Assembly: GCA_002269645.1 (NCBI GenBank)
Contig: NIVC01000813.1
Location: 1-50,704, forward strand
From: Macrostomum lignano
Taxonomy: Eukaryota
Direction: 5' to 3'
DNA: 50,704 nt
The position numbers and the translations under genes were made by a program. Below, in pieces: positions 31,664 to 50,704 of this stretch; position 1 is the stretch's first letter; each line of letters begins with the position of its first letter. The notes beneath the pieces are model-generated. The model was not told the origin of the DNA and did no database searches. It worked only from the letters and a program-made list of their open reading frames with translations.

Positions 31664-32790
31664 AGAAGAACAGAATGTACTTTTTTGCTTGGTTATTTAT
31701 TGAAGTCGTTTTTTTGAAGTGCGAATATGCATCGAGACCAAGTTTTCTAAAATATTTTGGGATGTTAGGGGCAAGATCTATAACGCTTATTTAAGATTCT
31801 CCGTCACTGAAATTTAAGTTGTACAGTATGGTATCGGTGAAAAAATTGAAGTGAATTTTATTTTTATAAAATTTGTCGCTTTCTATAATGACAACAAAGG
31901 CCGCTAACGCCAGTTGCATTAGGTTTTATTAAAGAAACTACATTTACATGTCCTTAGAATTAGATAGTGTTTCCACATTCAGTGTAGTTATTACAAACTG
32001 AATTCCTTTCGATAAAATCTTAACATTCCTGTTTTATTTCTTTGGATCTTTCGGCTTATGTTTATTAATCTCTCATAAATCTTTATTTGTTTATCTAATA
32101 TTAGGGAAAGCAAAAAATTGATTTTCAATTAAATTATCTAAGTTAATTATCTGCTTTTTATGCTGAATAATTTCCATTTAATTTGTTTTATTTCACTATA
32201 TAGTAGCGATATATGTGTCTTCAAAATATAAACTGAAAGTACATGCTGTACTATGCCGCCAAGTGCGCATATAAAAATAACTATGACTTTTAAACACTTA
32301 AAAAAATAACAAAAACATCGAAAAGTACATGTCAATTTTTTTAAAACGCACGGCAAAGCAGAATCAGAAACATTTGGCAAAAAATAGCAATATATTTTGA
32401 TTCAACTGTTAAAATAAAACCAAATTTACTGTCAACAAAACATTTCGCACGAAGACAAAGGCGCTGGAGCGAGGTTAAAAATATCTTAAGAATTTCCTAA
32501 TATCTAAAACAACAGCTAATAAGTAAGACACAGGACACTGAAGGTGATTGAGTCAAGTAATCTAGTTTCAGCTAAAAGCAATCAGTTAGCAAACTATATG
32601 ATTTCAAATTTCGCTTGGTTAAACGTTTTTTATTTTTTAGAAAGTTCAAGTTATTCACCGTAATTAATTTACGATTTTAAGCATGACAAAATAACAAAAA
32701 AATTGTTATGAAGAAAAAAACCAAAAATCTTTTATATATTCACAGCATGCTGTGTGTGGTAAGTAGTAATCAACCACACATAACAAAAGT

Positions 32791-39723
<6,933 letters not shown>

Positions 39724-40759
39724 GGCTTAGCTACAAAAACTCGAATAGCCCGCTAAACAGCGCGCTCAAATTCTGATATTTTCTTTGCCAATACAGCTTA
39801 TTTACGACAGAAATGGGTAACAAAAAACTTTAAATACCAATTAATAAGTCATAAATATAGAATAATAACTTTGGATCTGATATCAAAGAATAGCACTCGA
39901 AAACTTTCTGTCATTGTTACACCCCCCATTTGTGCTTGCCAGAAATAAAAGTTCAGTAAGTTTGTATGTTGTATGCATACACAATATGATTCAAAACAGT
40001 AGATAGTTAAATGCATATTGTAAAATTAAGTATGATCAGCTCACAACATAATTTTAGCGTCAAAAGATGCTCTAAAACTACACTAATAATACTTTAAACA
40101 AAGGGATAAAAGATAAGAAATTCATTCATTTGCTAAAATAGAGCGAAAATTAGATACTCATAACTTTTAATCATTTTTTCTAGAAAAACTCAGAGTAAAT
40201 TATGGCTCTAATGCTAAAATAATTCAGTTAGGTCCAGAGATTATTCGATGCTGATAATTTAAAAACAACCTATTTAACAATTTAAACCTAATTTTTGCCA
40301 AGACAATTAACTGATTTCGTGAAGTGAATGAAGTTAAGAAAATAAGTCCATAAATCCTAGCTTAAAAGTTTGTTTGGTGTTATTAGCAAATCAATTATTC
40401 TGTAAATTTAAATTAATCTGTAATTGAAAGGCATATAAAAGAAGCATAACATGTACTTATACAAAAATTCCAGACGTATTCAACTTTCTTATAGTATAAA
40501 TTTGTTAAAGCACACACAGTTTATGAATTTTCATTTTTCTTCGAAAGACAACTTTTCCACGACGACACGACGACTATTCGTTTCGTACGGTAACGGTGCA
40601 CCGTCTGCCAAAACGTAAAAAATGTGTCTCGTTGTTTTAGTATTCTAATTTGTTTTATGCCACCAAAGTTGTCGCAGGGGATGCTTATATGTCTTAATAA
40701 GTTTCTAGCTATTTCTTATAATATCATTTATTATATTTCTGAGTAGTCTTATTGTCTGG

Positions 40760-40895
40760 TAACGTCTAATGTATTATTCTGGTAGCGTCTAATGTATTAT
40801 TCTGGTGTAGCGTCTAATGTATTATTCTGGTATTGTCTAAATGTATTATTCTGGTATTGTCTAAATGTATTATTCTGGTAGTGTCTAATGTATTA
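40760..40895. repeat. ~21-22-bp minisatellite
   Basis: Repeated GTCTAA(A)TGTATTATTCTGGTA. Confidence 0.85.
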
Positions 40896-41332
40896 TGGCC
40901 TGAGCAGTATTGCAATTGCAAGGTTTTAACTTGCCAAATTATTGTTTTGATTGCTTGTGAAATTGGTCAGTCTACATCTGTAGACTTATTATTATTATTA
41001 TTAATTTTAGACTACAGTCTACAGATGCTTTGCAAGTGGATTCTTATCAGTTTCAATGTAAACTGACTTGACACTTGACAACCTTTCAAACTAGGCTTAT
41101 AGTTTCATTCTAAGAATTTAGTATAGGGCCTATAGAATGATTAAAGATTTAGTATAGGTAAATAAGGATTGTTAACAGTATAAATCTTTGTAGTTCCTGA
41201 TTTTAGTATGAATGATTGAGAAGGTTTGATAATTGTAGTGATGCTAATGTATAATAATCCATTATACTAATAATAATAAGTATATAAAAATGCAAACACA
41301 CTAGTACTAGTGGATTTGCACAAGTACAAGTG

Positions 41333-41397
41333 TTGACTTAGCTGCAAGGCTGTCCCAGGGGGACACAGCAGGAAGGCACGAATGCCCATTCCGCTAG
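41333..41397 (-). mobile_element. Short 3' tail fragment of the same LINE family
   Basis: The reverse complement CTAGCGGAATGGGCA...GCAGCTAAGTCAA matches 42375-42444 CTAGCGGAATGGGCA...GTAGCTAAGTCAA. Confidence 0.6.
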
Positions 41398-41666
41398 TAC
41401 TAGGGCCTAGTGTTGTATAGGCCCCTACTTATCACGGAGGTACAAGGCATTCCTTTGGTTTACAATCATTGAAATTAGTGACGATCCCCATTGGAGAGAT
41501 AGGAAAGATACAAAATTGTTGTTTATTTCATCAAAATGCAAAAAACAGTAGACAAGCACTCTAATTCTTTTTATTTATCCATCAAAACACTAGCTGCATG
41601 TTCAAATGAAAAAAGAAGGTAAAGGGGTTTTAGTGATCCATTTCACAGTTCCAAGAATCCAAAGAT

Positions 41667-43016
41667 GATCCTATATATCCACTTTGGTTTACAATAATTT
41701 GAACGAAAGTAATATATGTAAATGATCGTGAACCGAAGCTAGTATATGTGTAAGAGCATTAGTACATAAATTCAATTTCCAAAAATGAATCCAAGAAGAC
41801 AATCCTATATATCCACTTTGGTTTACAATCATTTAAATGGAAGAGATACATGTAAATGATCATGAACCAAAGCTAGCATATGTATATAATGGGGTTTTGG
41901 TATTTTACAAGCTCTATCTGAAATCAATCACTATCGCAATACATGTAGGCAATCCCGTGCTGCTGTCCCCTGCCCCTCTCCTCTCCTGCGTAGAGCCCTC
42001 CTCAGGCTCAACTGCAGAGACCTCAGAGCAGTTAGCATGGCCCTCTCCAGGCATGACTGCTTCTCTTGCCACCGTTTCCTTCAGGGCCAAGTACCCGAGG
42101 AGCGGTGCCCCTTCTGCCACTCAGGCAGTGAAAATGCTGAGCATTTTATCTGCCACTACCTGGTTTTCACCAGGGCCAGGCTTACTCACCTCGGGCCAAA
42201 CCCGGTTCTCTCCAACGTTTGCAGGCCCGAGAGCATCCCGCTACTCGCCTGGTACCTCAGGGACACCAGACGAGCTGATTTCTTCCCCACCGTCGGTGAG
42301 GAGGACCGCACTGCAGGCGAGACTGATGGGTCTCCCTGAGCGACACCACTTCAACGGAAGTCGTTGGTTGCCAGGGGCTAGCGGAATGGGCAGTCTCCTC
42401 CGCCTCCTCGCTGCATTCGCCGGACGCCCCCTGTAGCTAAGTCAAAGTAAGTCAATACATGGCTAGCTTTGGTTCACGATCATTTACATGTATTGCTTAT
42501 ATCAAAATGATTGTAAACCAAAGCTAAGGAGGGTGGCAGCATGCAGAGAATAATAAAGCATCAAGTTACTTGGGAATGAACATTAACTTAAGCTGACATT
42601 TCAATCGCCAACAAGTCCCAGTTGAACAAATAAATATATGTGACTACATATGTCTTCAACACCCCCCCCCCTCAGCTTTGGTATACAATCATTTAAATGG
42701 AAGAAATATATGTAAATGATCGTTAACCAAAGCTAGCCATGTATTGAGATAGTGATCAATTTTAGATAGAGCTTGTAAAACACCAAAACCCCATTACACA
42801 CATACGCTAGCTTTGGTTCACAATAATTTACATGTATCTCTTCCATTTAAATGATTGTAAACAGAAGTGGATATATAGGATCGTCTTCTTGGATTCATTT
42901 TTGGAAATTGAATTCATGCACTAATGCCCTTACACACACGCTAGCTTCGGTTCAAGATCATTTACATGTATTGCTTCCATTTAAATGATCATAAACTGAA
43001 GTGGATATATAGGATC
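41667..43016. mobile_element. Foldback/MITE-like element with ~345-bp modular inverted arms
   Basis: The left arm (41667-41945 plus 42462-42527) is the imperfect reverse complement of the right arm (42673-43016). Termini are GATCCTATATATCCACTT and AAGTGGATATATAGGATC, with a ~145-bp spacer. Confidence 0.85.
41946..42452 (+). mobile_element. 5'-truncated non-LTR retrotransposon with a 9-bp TSD
   Basis: Encodes [19 protein letters not shown]...[17 protein letters not shown], typical of a LINE ORF2 C-terminal Cys/His knuckle. Tail AAGTCAAAGTAAGT; TSD CAATACATG at 41937-41945 and 42453-42461. Confidence 0.85.
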
Positions 43017-43452
43017 CTCGTCATCACCATGCCATGAAAGAAACCATTTGTCAGCTATTCCATTCAGTTTTTTCTAATGTAGCGAATAAGCTCAGTTAAC
43101 AATTTTTATTTATTTTAAGCAAGCTATGATCATTTATATGAAAAATTACTTGGGGATTGTGAACTGAAATGTGGGTGGAAAAATGATCATAAACCAAAGG
43201 AATGCCAGGTACAAAAGTTAAATAGAACCAAAAGTTCCATGGATTTTCAAAAGTTTCTGCATTAGGGCTAAAATCATAACATTCTAGGCAACTTCTATGA
43301 ATCTTAGAAAATGAAAATTAGAAATACAAGAGCTCAAAAATAGGTTCTTTAAGGTTCCTTAAGAAAACTTTGCTTAGGAAACCTTGGCAAGCAAATTTTC
43401 TGCACACAAATTTTGGCAAGCAAAGTTTATGCAAGCAAACTTTGACAAGCTA

Positions 43453-44811
43453 TCTACTCCGGCTGTCCGGAAAGTCGTGAGAATGTATTTAAAAAATCAG
43501 TCAGAACTATCAGAAAACACGATAACAGCACTAGTTGGTAATGTAATCTCCCCTTGCATTGATTACAGCTTGGAAATGGTCAACGAGTCGCTGAACCTCT
43601 CTTTTCAAGCAATCTTCGTCAAGGCCTCTTGCCCATTGCAATGCAGCTTCTCGAACTTCATTGTGGTCGCTGAACACTCGCCTGGAGAGATCAGTCTTCA
43701 TCCAACTGAACAAAAAAACGGTCGCACAGATTGAAGTCTGGGCTGTAAGGACTCTGAAACACCAGCTGAACTCCACGGGACTCCATGTACTGCTGCACAG
43801 AACGGGCTACTTGAGGTTGCGCATTGTCCCACTGCCAAAGAACATCCGACAGGTGAATTGGCTTTGACCTCAGAGTACGCCATAGGTCTCCGGTGTGCCG
43901 AATGAACTCAACTATGCCATCTGCATCAACAGTTTGCTTTGGGGCTGTGGATTCAATGGAGAAGCGCTTGCTTGGAGTGAAAGCAACTAGAAGCATTGTC
44001 TTTGCATTCCCGACTGAGTGCCTGACAACCTGGGGCCGATGATCCCCTTGGCCAAGCCAGCACCTGTTGTTTTGCTTTGTGCCAGTGTTTTTCAGGTACA
44101 CCCACGTCTCATCCTCTACCACGTACTTGTCGCAAAAGTTTTCCATGCCCTCGTTGTAAAAGCCTGCGAATTTGCTTGGCACAATTGATGCGAGCAGTCT
44201 TGTTCTCCTCGGATAGAGCATGCGGAACCCAGACAGCAGAAACTTTTCGAAGGTGCAAATCCTCAGTAAAAATTTCGTGCACTGTTGTTTTTCCAACTTC
44301 CAAAAAGTCAGCGAGGTCTCGGACACTAACTTTTGGATCCTCTTCAACAAGAGCTCGGCAGGTTTCGATCAGTTCCGCTATCCTTGTTGACCGTGGCCGG
44401 CCAGTCCGAGGAGCTGAGACCGGGGGAAATGCTTCGTCACGGAACTTTGAATACCATCTGTAAACCGTTGACTGACCTGATGCAGCATCTCTATAAACTT
44501 TAAGCAGCTCGTCATGGCAGCTGAGAGCGGAGATTCCAAGACGGTATCTAGCATAGGCATAACCCTGGAAGTCTTCCATTTTGAAGAACTCGCTGTCAAA
44601 ATTTTCAAGCTTGATCATCGCGTTGCATTTGCTATTGAGCACTTTATACTGAGCTTGCCCCTGCCCCCAATTTTGCTACTAGAATAACAAGAATTTTCAC
44701 CATAGACATCTATGAGTCTATTATTGAAATTTTATGTGTGCCACATCAACAGCTTGCTGCTTTCTTGCTTAATTGACACATTCTCACGACTTTCCGGACA
44801 GCCGAAGTAGA
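43453..44811 (-). mobile_element. Full-length mariner (Tc1/mariner DD34D) transposon, 1359 bp
   Basis: 34-bp TIRs at 43453-43486 and 44778-44811 (1 mismatch), flanked by TA on both sides. Confidence 0.97.
43531..44618 (-). CDS. Mariner transposase split by two +1 frameshifts (~44160 and ~43715)
   Basis: HTH region STVYRW, GRPR, WVPHAL, DETW, WDNA, YSPDFNLCD (34 residues between the 2nd and 3rd Asp) and C-terminal RGDY, distributed across three overlapping ORFs. Confidence 0.92.
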
Positions 44812-45872
44812 TACTTTTACCTACTTATTTACACTTATTTACTTTTACTAGTAAATACTTTTACCTATTACTGCAAAACAATAAAAATGTAAAAAATGAT
44901 ACCATAGTAGTTTGTTTGAAATGCAATTCAATGTTAAATACTTAGGATTTTTAGTTTATAGTATAAGTAGTTATATAGGTAGTAATTATGCATATTGCCA
45001 CTAAAATATATAAAAATATATAAAAACCCATCATTACAAAAAGTTGGTGCACAATGTGCTATTGTTACTGTGCTCATCATTTTTGCCATAAAAATGCTTT
45101 AGAATCATTAATAAATATGTCTACTGAAGTAACTGAACAGACTTTGTCAAACATAAATCATATTTTCATCTTTCAATAGTATACGAGTATTACATGTATT
45201 TTGGTAGAAAATTTAAACTGAAATATCTTTTTATGGCACATATCTACAAATGGTTTTTTGTATACTATTTGCTTAGTCAGTGTGTAACTAAAAACAATGT
45301 CAAAATATTTGCCAAAACTGAAACAATAAGTTTCTTATATATTACATTTTTATTTGAAGTTTAATGCAAGAAGGAATTTGGAATAGCTCATGTTAGGACA
45401 AAAGTTTTTAAAATGTCATTTTTATTGCATATTTCAATAACTATAGGCTAGTTTTTGTTTAGACTTTCTTATAAAATTTAGTATTTTCTTATTTTTTAAA
45501 TTTTTGTCAACCTATTTTTTGGTAAAAAATGTATAAAAATGGAAAATTATAGAAATTTAGTATTTTCCTATAATATTTTTAATTTTTGTAAACCTATTTT
45601 TTTGGTAAAAAATGTATAAAAATTGAAAATCATAAAAATGGTCAACTTTGTATATATTGTACCATTAGGGATATATCTCTATTTAAAAGAAAGGAGATTA
45701 TGAGCATTTTCATTAGAACGACATGTTTCACCTAACTTTAGGCATCATCGGGCAGATTGGAATTTATTTAATTTAAGTCAAAACATAGAGTATAAATACA
45801 TTTCAGTGGCAGATAGTCAGTGATACACAAAATTGTAATAACAAAACACGGGGGGAGTCAACAGATCAAAAC

Positions 45873-45984
<112 letters not shown>

Positions 45985-48959
45985 GGGTAGTGGGGATACA
46001 TTATCAAGCATGCTGTTTTACCAGAATCTCTATTTAAAGATAATTTGTCTATTTTCTAGTGTGTATTTATAATTTTCTTCAAAAATTAGTTTTAGAAGAG
46101 TTTATATTTATACTATGAGAAGTATTGGTCCTATTTTCAAAAAAATTTTTTGGGTTAGCCCAACTTTTGTAAAGCTCATTGGACAGCCTAATATTATTAG
46201 CATCCCCTTTGCGCTTATTATATCAAAGCTTCTTTAACTTTAAGTCATAGATTAACCCTCTAACTTACTCTTCATTTAATACTTGGTTTACCTACAACTT
46301 CTAATTGACCTTTGACATCTTAGCAAGCCCTTGACCTTGAGTCTTGACATTTTATGATACCATTTGTTGCAAAAATGCAATAGATTAGATAGGTATCTAT
46401 AAAAAAATATTGGTTTTAACTTACAAAAAAATTAAGATTTGCTTAATTATTTATTGATATATCTATATATTATTAAATAACTAAGTTTAAACCTATAAAA
46501 ATGTAAAAAAATAATTTGACCTTAAGTTAAACTATTAAATTAAGTAGCTCTTTTAACTTTTAAATTCTATCTTTTTAATTTCAGCAACCTATAATTACAA
46601 ATAAACAACTTGCAAAAGTCAGATACTTTTGCTAACAGGCTTAATAGCAAATAGCAAGCTTTAAACACTAACCAGGCACTTGACACAATAGCAAACTATA
46701 TAGAAAACTTTGCTTAGGCCAAGTTTGCCTGTCCTTGGCCACACTTGTAGCAGCAGTAGTAAGCATTGTGTTTCTTCCAGTTGTCTGGTTATCAATTAAT
46801 AGTAGCAATGGATAGAAACAAAAAATATCAGTCTACAGCATTTGCTATTGCTAATACTAGCTATATTGGGCATTGGTGGTGGCTAGGCAAACTTGTTGCC
46901 AATCTGTTTGGTTATGCCACTGTTCTGCTTGCTATCTATTTTGCTGTTCAGTTTTGGAAGCAATATTGCAACAGTCAGCATGATGGCAATAGTAATAAGG
47001 TTTGTTTTAATTGAACTGCAATTTTTATCTTTAATAATTTAGTTTTAATTTTAATTGACTGCACTAGTTATCTTAAATCCTTATGTATAGGCTAATTTGC
47101 ATAGCACTGGGGTCACCATTCTTGCTCTACCTTTACTGCAAGCTTAGATCCACAATTTTTAGGCTTCAGTCTTGCCCTGTTGAAAATGTTATCATGACTG
47201 GAATCACTAAAGAGTCATTGCAAATACCTCACTAGTGATTCTAGTGACTCTTGTGATTTTTAATGATTCAAAATACTGCAATGTAACAGAGAGGAATCTG
47301 TTAAGTCACATGTGCATCACTTGAGTTGAGTTGCAAAATCTTAAAATTGCAGTGTGATGTGACTATAGGATGCTTAATGGCCTAGGTAACATTTTCATTA
47401 GGTGCAGTGCATTTGGAATCCTTGATCCAGTCAGGATGCTTAATTCAAAACCTGGATACCCGCTGGAATCAGTGGAAAAATAAAAAATAAAATAAAATGC
47501 CAACCAACATCTTGCAGTTGGGTTGTTGGGAAAGTTTCCAGACTAAGTTTACATGAACAAAATGAATTTTCCAAAAAAAGCTCTAATTTTTTTTCCTAAA
47601 ATCTTGCACAGCTGCTGTTACTCATAAATGGGGGTACAAGTGAAAATGCAAGCAATTTGACATGCTGAACAAAGCAAGCCAGAATAAAGTGCCATTGGCT
47701 CTCCTTTTAATCCCATAGTCCAAAGGATTTTTTGTTGATGGATTGCTTCGTTTGAGTGACTGAAAAATCAGCAGCTTAAAAGTGCAAGTTGCTCTGTCTC
47801 ACCCAAACTTAATTAGGTCGACTTTTTGTTATTTTTTTATATTCAATCAGCAAGTTCTCTGTGGTCAATATTTTCAAATCGTTACATAAAAACTCATGCA
47901 TACATTCACCATTTAACAGAACAGCTGTTCAAGAAGTTTTGGCACAAATTTCAGCTCATTTGTACATTTGGACATTGCTGTCGTTCACAGTAAACACAGT
48001 CTGGAAACTTTTGTTTGCTTTTTACTTCGATTTCAACACCCTCATACTTTAAGTACAAACAATTTACTTCCAGTTTAGGTTCATATATAGTCGCTCCAGT
48101 TTTGATTTGATCATTTCAAATTTAAGCTTCATTTTTATGCAGCTTCAACCCCAATCCAGGTAGCATGGAGAAGGGGGGTTTTAGGATGGGGAGATTCTTC
48201 ATGAGAGTGAATTTTGGTACCAGTTTTGATCAGATCATAACTTAGGTTAAATAAATAAACATAAGTTTCCAATACACTAGTTGAAATATTTAAATAAATT
48301 AAATAATTTTTGTCAGACTGTTCAACCCGGATCAGCTGAAGCTAAAGGGCCTACAAAAGAATCTGCAGCAGTGGAAAATTCTCCCAATTCGGTATCTAAC
48401 ATCTGTCGTTTAGTCGGCTGTTTTCTCGGCTTGCAAGCGGCCTATTTAACTTGGGGGTGCTGCAGGAACAGGTAATGACCACGGTTTATCATGCTGGCGA
48501 TGGAACAGCTGGTGCTGGCGAAAAATTCACCGATTCACAGTTTCTCGTATTCACTAATCGATTATTGGCTGGCTGCGTTGCTACCTGCCTACTGGTTGCT
48601 TGTCGGCTTGCTCAAGGAGACAACAGCAGCACGTCTGCAGTTGAAACCGAAGCCTCAGTGCTGGATTATGCCTATTGCTCATTGTCTAATGTGCTAAGCG
48701 CCTGGTGCCAATATGAAGCTCTGCTATTTGTCAGCTTTCCAACTCAGGTGCTGGCCAAGGCTTGCAAAATTGTGCCAGTAATGCTAATGGGCAAGCTGGT
48801 GTCGCGTAGGACCTACAGGCTGGACGAATACGGAACGGCGGTGCTTATCAGTGCCGGTAGGGATAAGTCAATATTTTTATTTTTACTATTGTCAAGTAAG
48901 AGCTTTTCGGATCTAGCTAATCCTGTACAATCTAAATTAAAAGCAATTGTAGTGGTTTA

Positions 48960-49720
48960 TTAAGAATCGTCTCTATTCTAAGATGATTATTCTAAGAATC
49001 TCCCTTCATCGTTTTAGTAATCTCCCTTTCAATATTCTTAAGAATTGCCTCTCGAGATTCTAGGAATCGCCATCGCGTTCACCATTCTTAAGAATAATCA
49101 TATTTCACCATTCTAAGATCGCCTCTCACAATTCTAGGAATCGCCCCTTTCACAATTCTAAGAATCGCCCTAGATTTCAACATATTAGGAACTACCCTAG
49201 CCTTCACCATTCTAAGAATCACCCCTTTCACAATTCTAAGAATCGCCTAGCTTTCACCATTCTAAGAATCACCACTTTCACAATTCTAACAATCGTCCTA
49301 GCTTTCACAGTTCTAAGAGCCACCACTTTCACAATTCTAAGAATCGCCACTTTCACAATTCTAAGAATCGCCCTAGCTTTCACCATTCTAAGAATCGCCC
49401 TAGCTTTCACAATTCTAAGAATCGCCACTTTCACAATTCTAAGAATCGCCACTTTCACAATTCTAAGAATTTCCCTTTCACAATTTTAAGAATCCCCACT
49501 TTCAAAATTTTAAGAATTGCCACTTTCACAATTCTAAGAATTTCCCTTTCACAATTTTAAGAATCCCCACTTTCAAAATTTTAAGAATTGCCCTTTCCCA
49601 ATTCTAAGAATCGCCACTTTCACAATTCTAAAAATTGCCCTTTCACAATTCTAAGAATCACACTAGCTTTCGCCATTCTAAGAATCGCCCTAGACTTCGC
49701 CATTCTAAGAATCGCCACTT
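48960..49720. repeat. ~24/29-bp minisatellite in an SLC35B2 intron
   Basis: Repeated TTCAC(A/C)ATTCTAAGAATCGCC(ACT/CTAGCT). Confidence 0.92.
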
Positions 49721-49942
49721 CATCTTTTTAAGCAATCGCCCTACAGTAAACTTCAATAATATTGTGGTTGCATCTGATTTACGTTATCTGTCAATCTACA
49801 TTTCTCAGGCACTAGCATATTTCTACTGTCGTCCAGTTCGAAGTCCAGCGTCCGTCATCACCAAAGGCGTCAGTGGCGACAGCTTAAGGCGTTCCGCCCT
49901 CCTGGCTGGCTACATGCTATTCGATTCGTTTACCAGCACCTG

Positions 49943-50023
49943 CAATACAATACAATACAATAAATACAATGGCCACCGGCCACAAGTGGTCAGGAAAGGG
50001 GGGGACATTGTCAAAAAGCAAAA
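49943..50023 (-). mobile_element. 81-bp retroelement-like insertion with an 11-bp TSD inside an SLC35B2 exon
   Basis: ACCAGCACCTG occurs at 49932-49942 and 50024-50034. The minus-strand insert ends in a (TATTG)n-type tail. Removing the insert plus one repeat restores FDSFTSTWQSRLF. Confidence 0.85.
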
Positions 50024-50704
50024 ACCAGCACCTGGCAGAGTAGATTATTTGTTAGGCACGGATTGACTCCGCTGCAACTCATGGCCGGCACTTCTCTGCT
50101 TTCGGCTGCTTTCACGGTGCGCGTTGTTGAGTTGTTTGTTCACAACCCTCTGATTAATAATTAAACGCGATTTTCTCTGGGTAAAAGGCTGGAGTAGCTA
50201 TACCCTAATTAGTTAGTTTAAATGCCTCGTCATCTTATAAGTAAATTATTGTTAGTACATTTCGTACTTTCAGGTGACAACTCAGTTGCAGCAGGGCACT
50301 CTACCGGCTGCGCTGGCCTTCGCCGCCAGGCATCCACGCTTCCTTGGCCACGTGACTCTGCTCTCGGTATGCTCCGCCGTCGGTCAATTGCTAATATTTT
50401 ATACTATCGAACGATTCGGTCCAGTGACCTTCTCTGTAATCATGACGGTTAGGCAAGCGTTCGCCATTCTGCTGTCCTGTCTGCTATTCGGCCATCCGTT
50501 TGGCGGGTCGGGTCTGCTTGGGACTGGCCGGGGTCTTTCTGGCGCTTTTCTTAGAATGCTTGTCCCAGAGGGCGAAGAAGCGCAGTCGAGAGGACGAGAG
50601 TAGGAGGGGCTTCCTGCTTGATGGATGATTTTTGTAGAAGCATGGGAATCCTTAAGTATTTACTTACTTCCAAGGAAATACCCTATGTTCTTCCCCGGGG
50701 TCCC

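Larger units (their letters stand above)
46781..50623 (+). pseudogene. SLC35B2: PAPS transporter 1 (SLC35B2/slalom), disrupted as assembled
   Basis: Exons 46781-46999, 48317-48856, 49809-50116 and 50274-~50623. Motifs: [76 protein letters not shown] and GQLLIFYTIERFGPVTFSVIMTVRQAFAILLSCL. Lesions: -1 at ~48457, a shift at ~49835-49900, a 92-bp insertion at 49943, and a probable +1 at ~50521. Confidence 0.88.

Noticed and set aside
45470-45640. ~80-bp AT-rich tandem duplication
   Set aside because: An ordinary low-complexity local duplication with no further structure.

Overview
Eukaryotic (invertebrate metazoan) genomic DNA with GC-rich exons and AT-rich or tandem-repeat-filled spliceosomal introns. 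The architecture is reminiscent of a repeat-rich flatworm such as Macrostomum, but that assignment is only a guess. Five genes can be reconstructed by hand: cathepsin L-like protease (-, 5 exons), BAG1-like co-chaperone (-, 4 exons), CLUAP1/IFT38 (+, 4 exons, head-to-head with BAG1), an uncharacterised EF-hand-like gene (-), and SLC35B2/PAPST1 (+, disrupted by indels and a TSD-flanked insertion). Mobile DNA includes a full-length DD34D mariner, a non-autonomous hAT element, a foldback element carrying a TSD-flanked LINE 3' end, two more copies of that LINE family and a CORE-type SINE. The most unusual features are: (i) a ~9 kb array of ~642-bp units, each carrying a chimeric, splice-competent phase 1-1 exon with a variable poly-Ala (GCA)n tract; (ii) a 55-bp array made of a duplicated 3' splice site, where every unit is itself a GT...AG mini-intron; (iii) an isolated 28S rDNA fragment centred on the R2 insertion site; (iv) a different minisatellite in almost every intron. 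Most long ORFs in the supplied track are repeat artefacts. Several 1-nt homopolymer indels suggest long-read consensus errors. All gene models are manual and unverified by RNA data.
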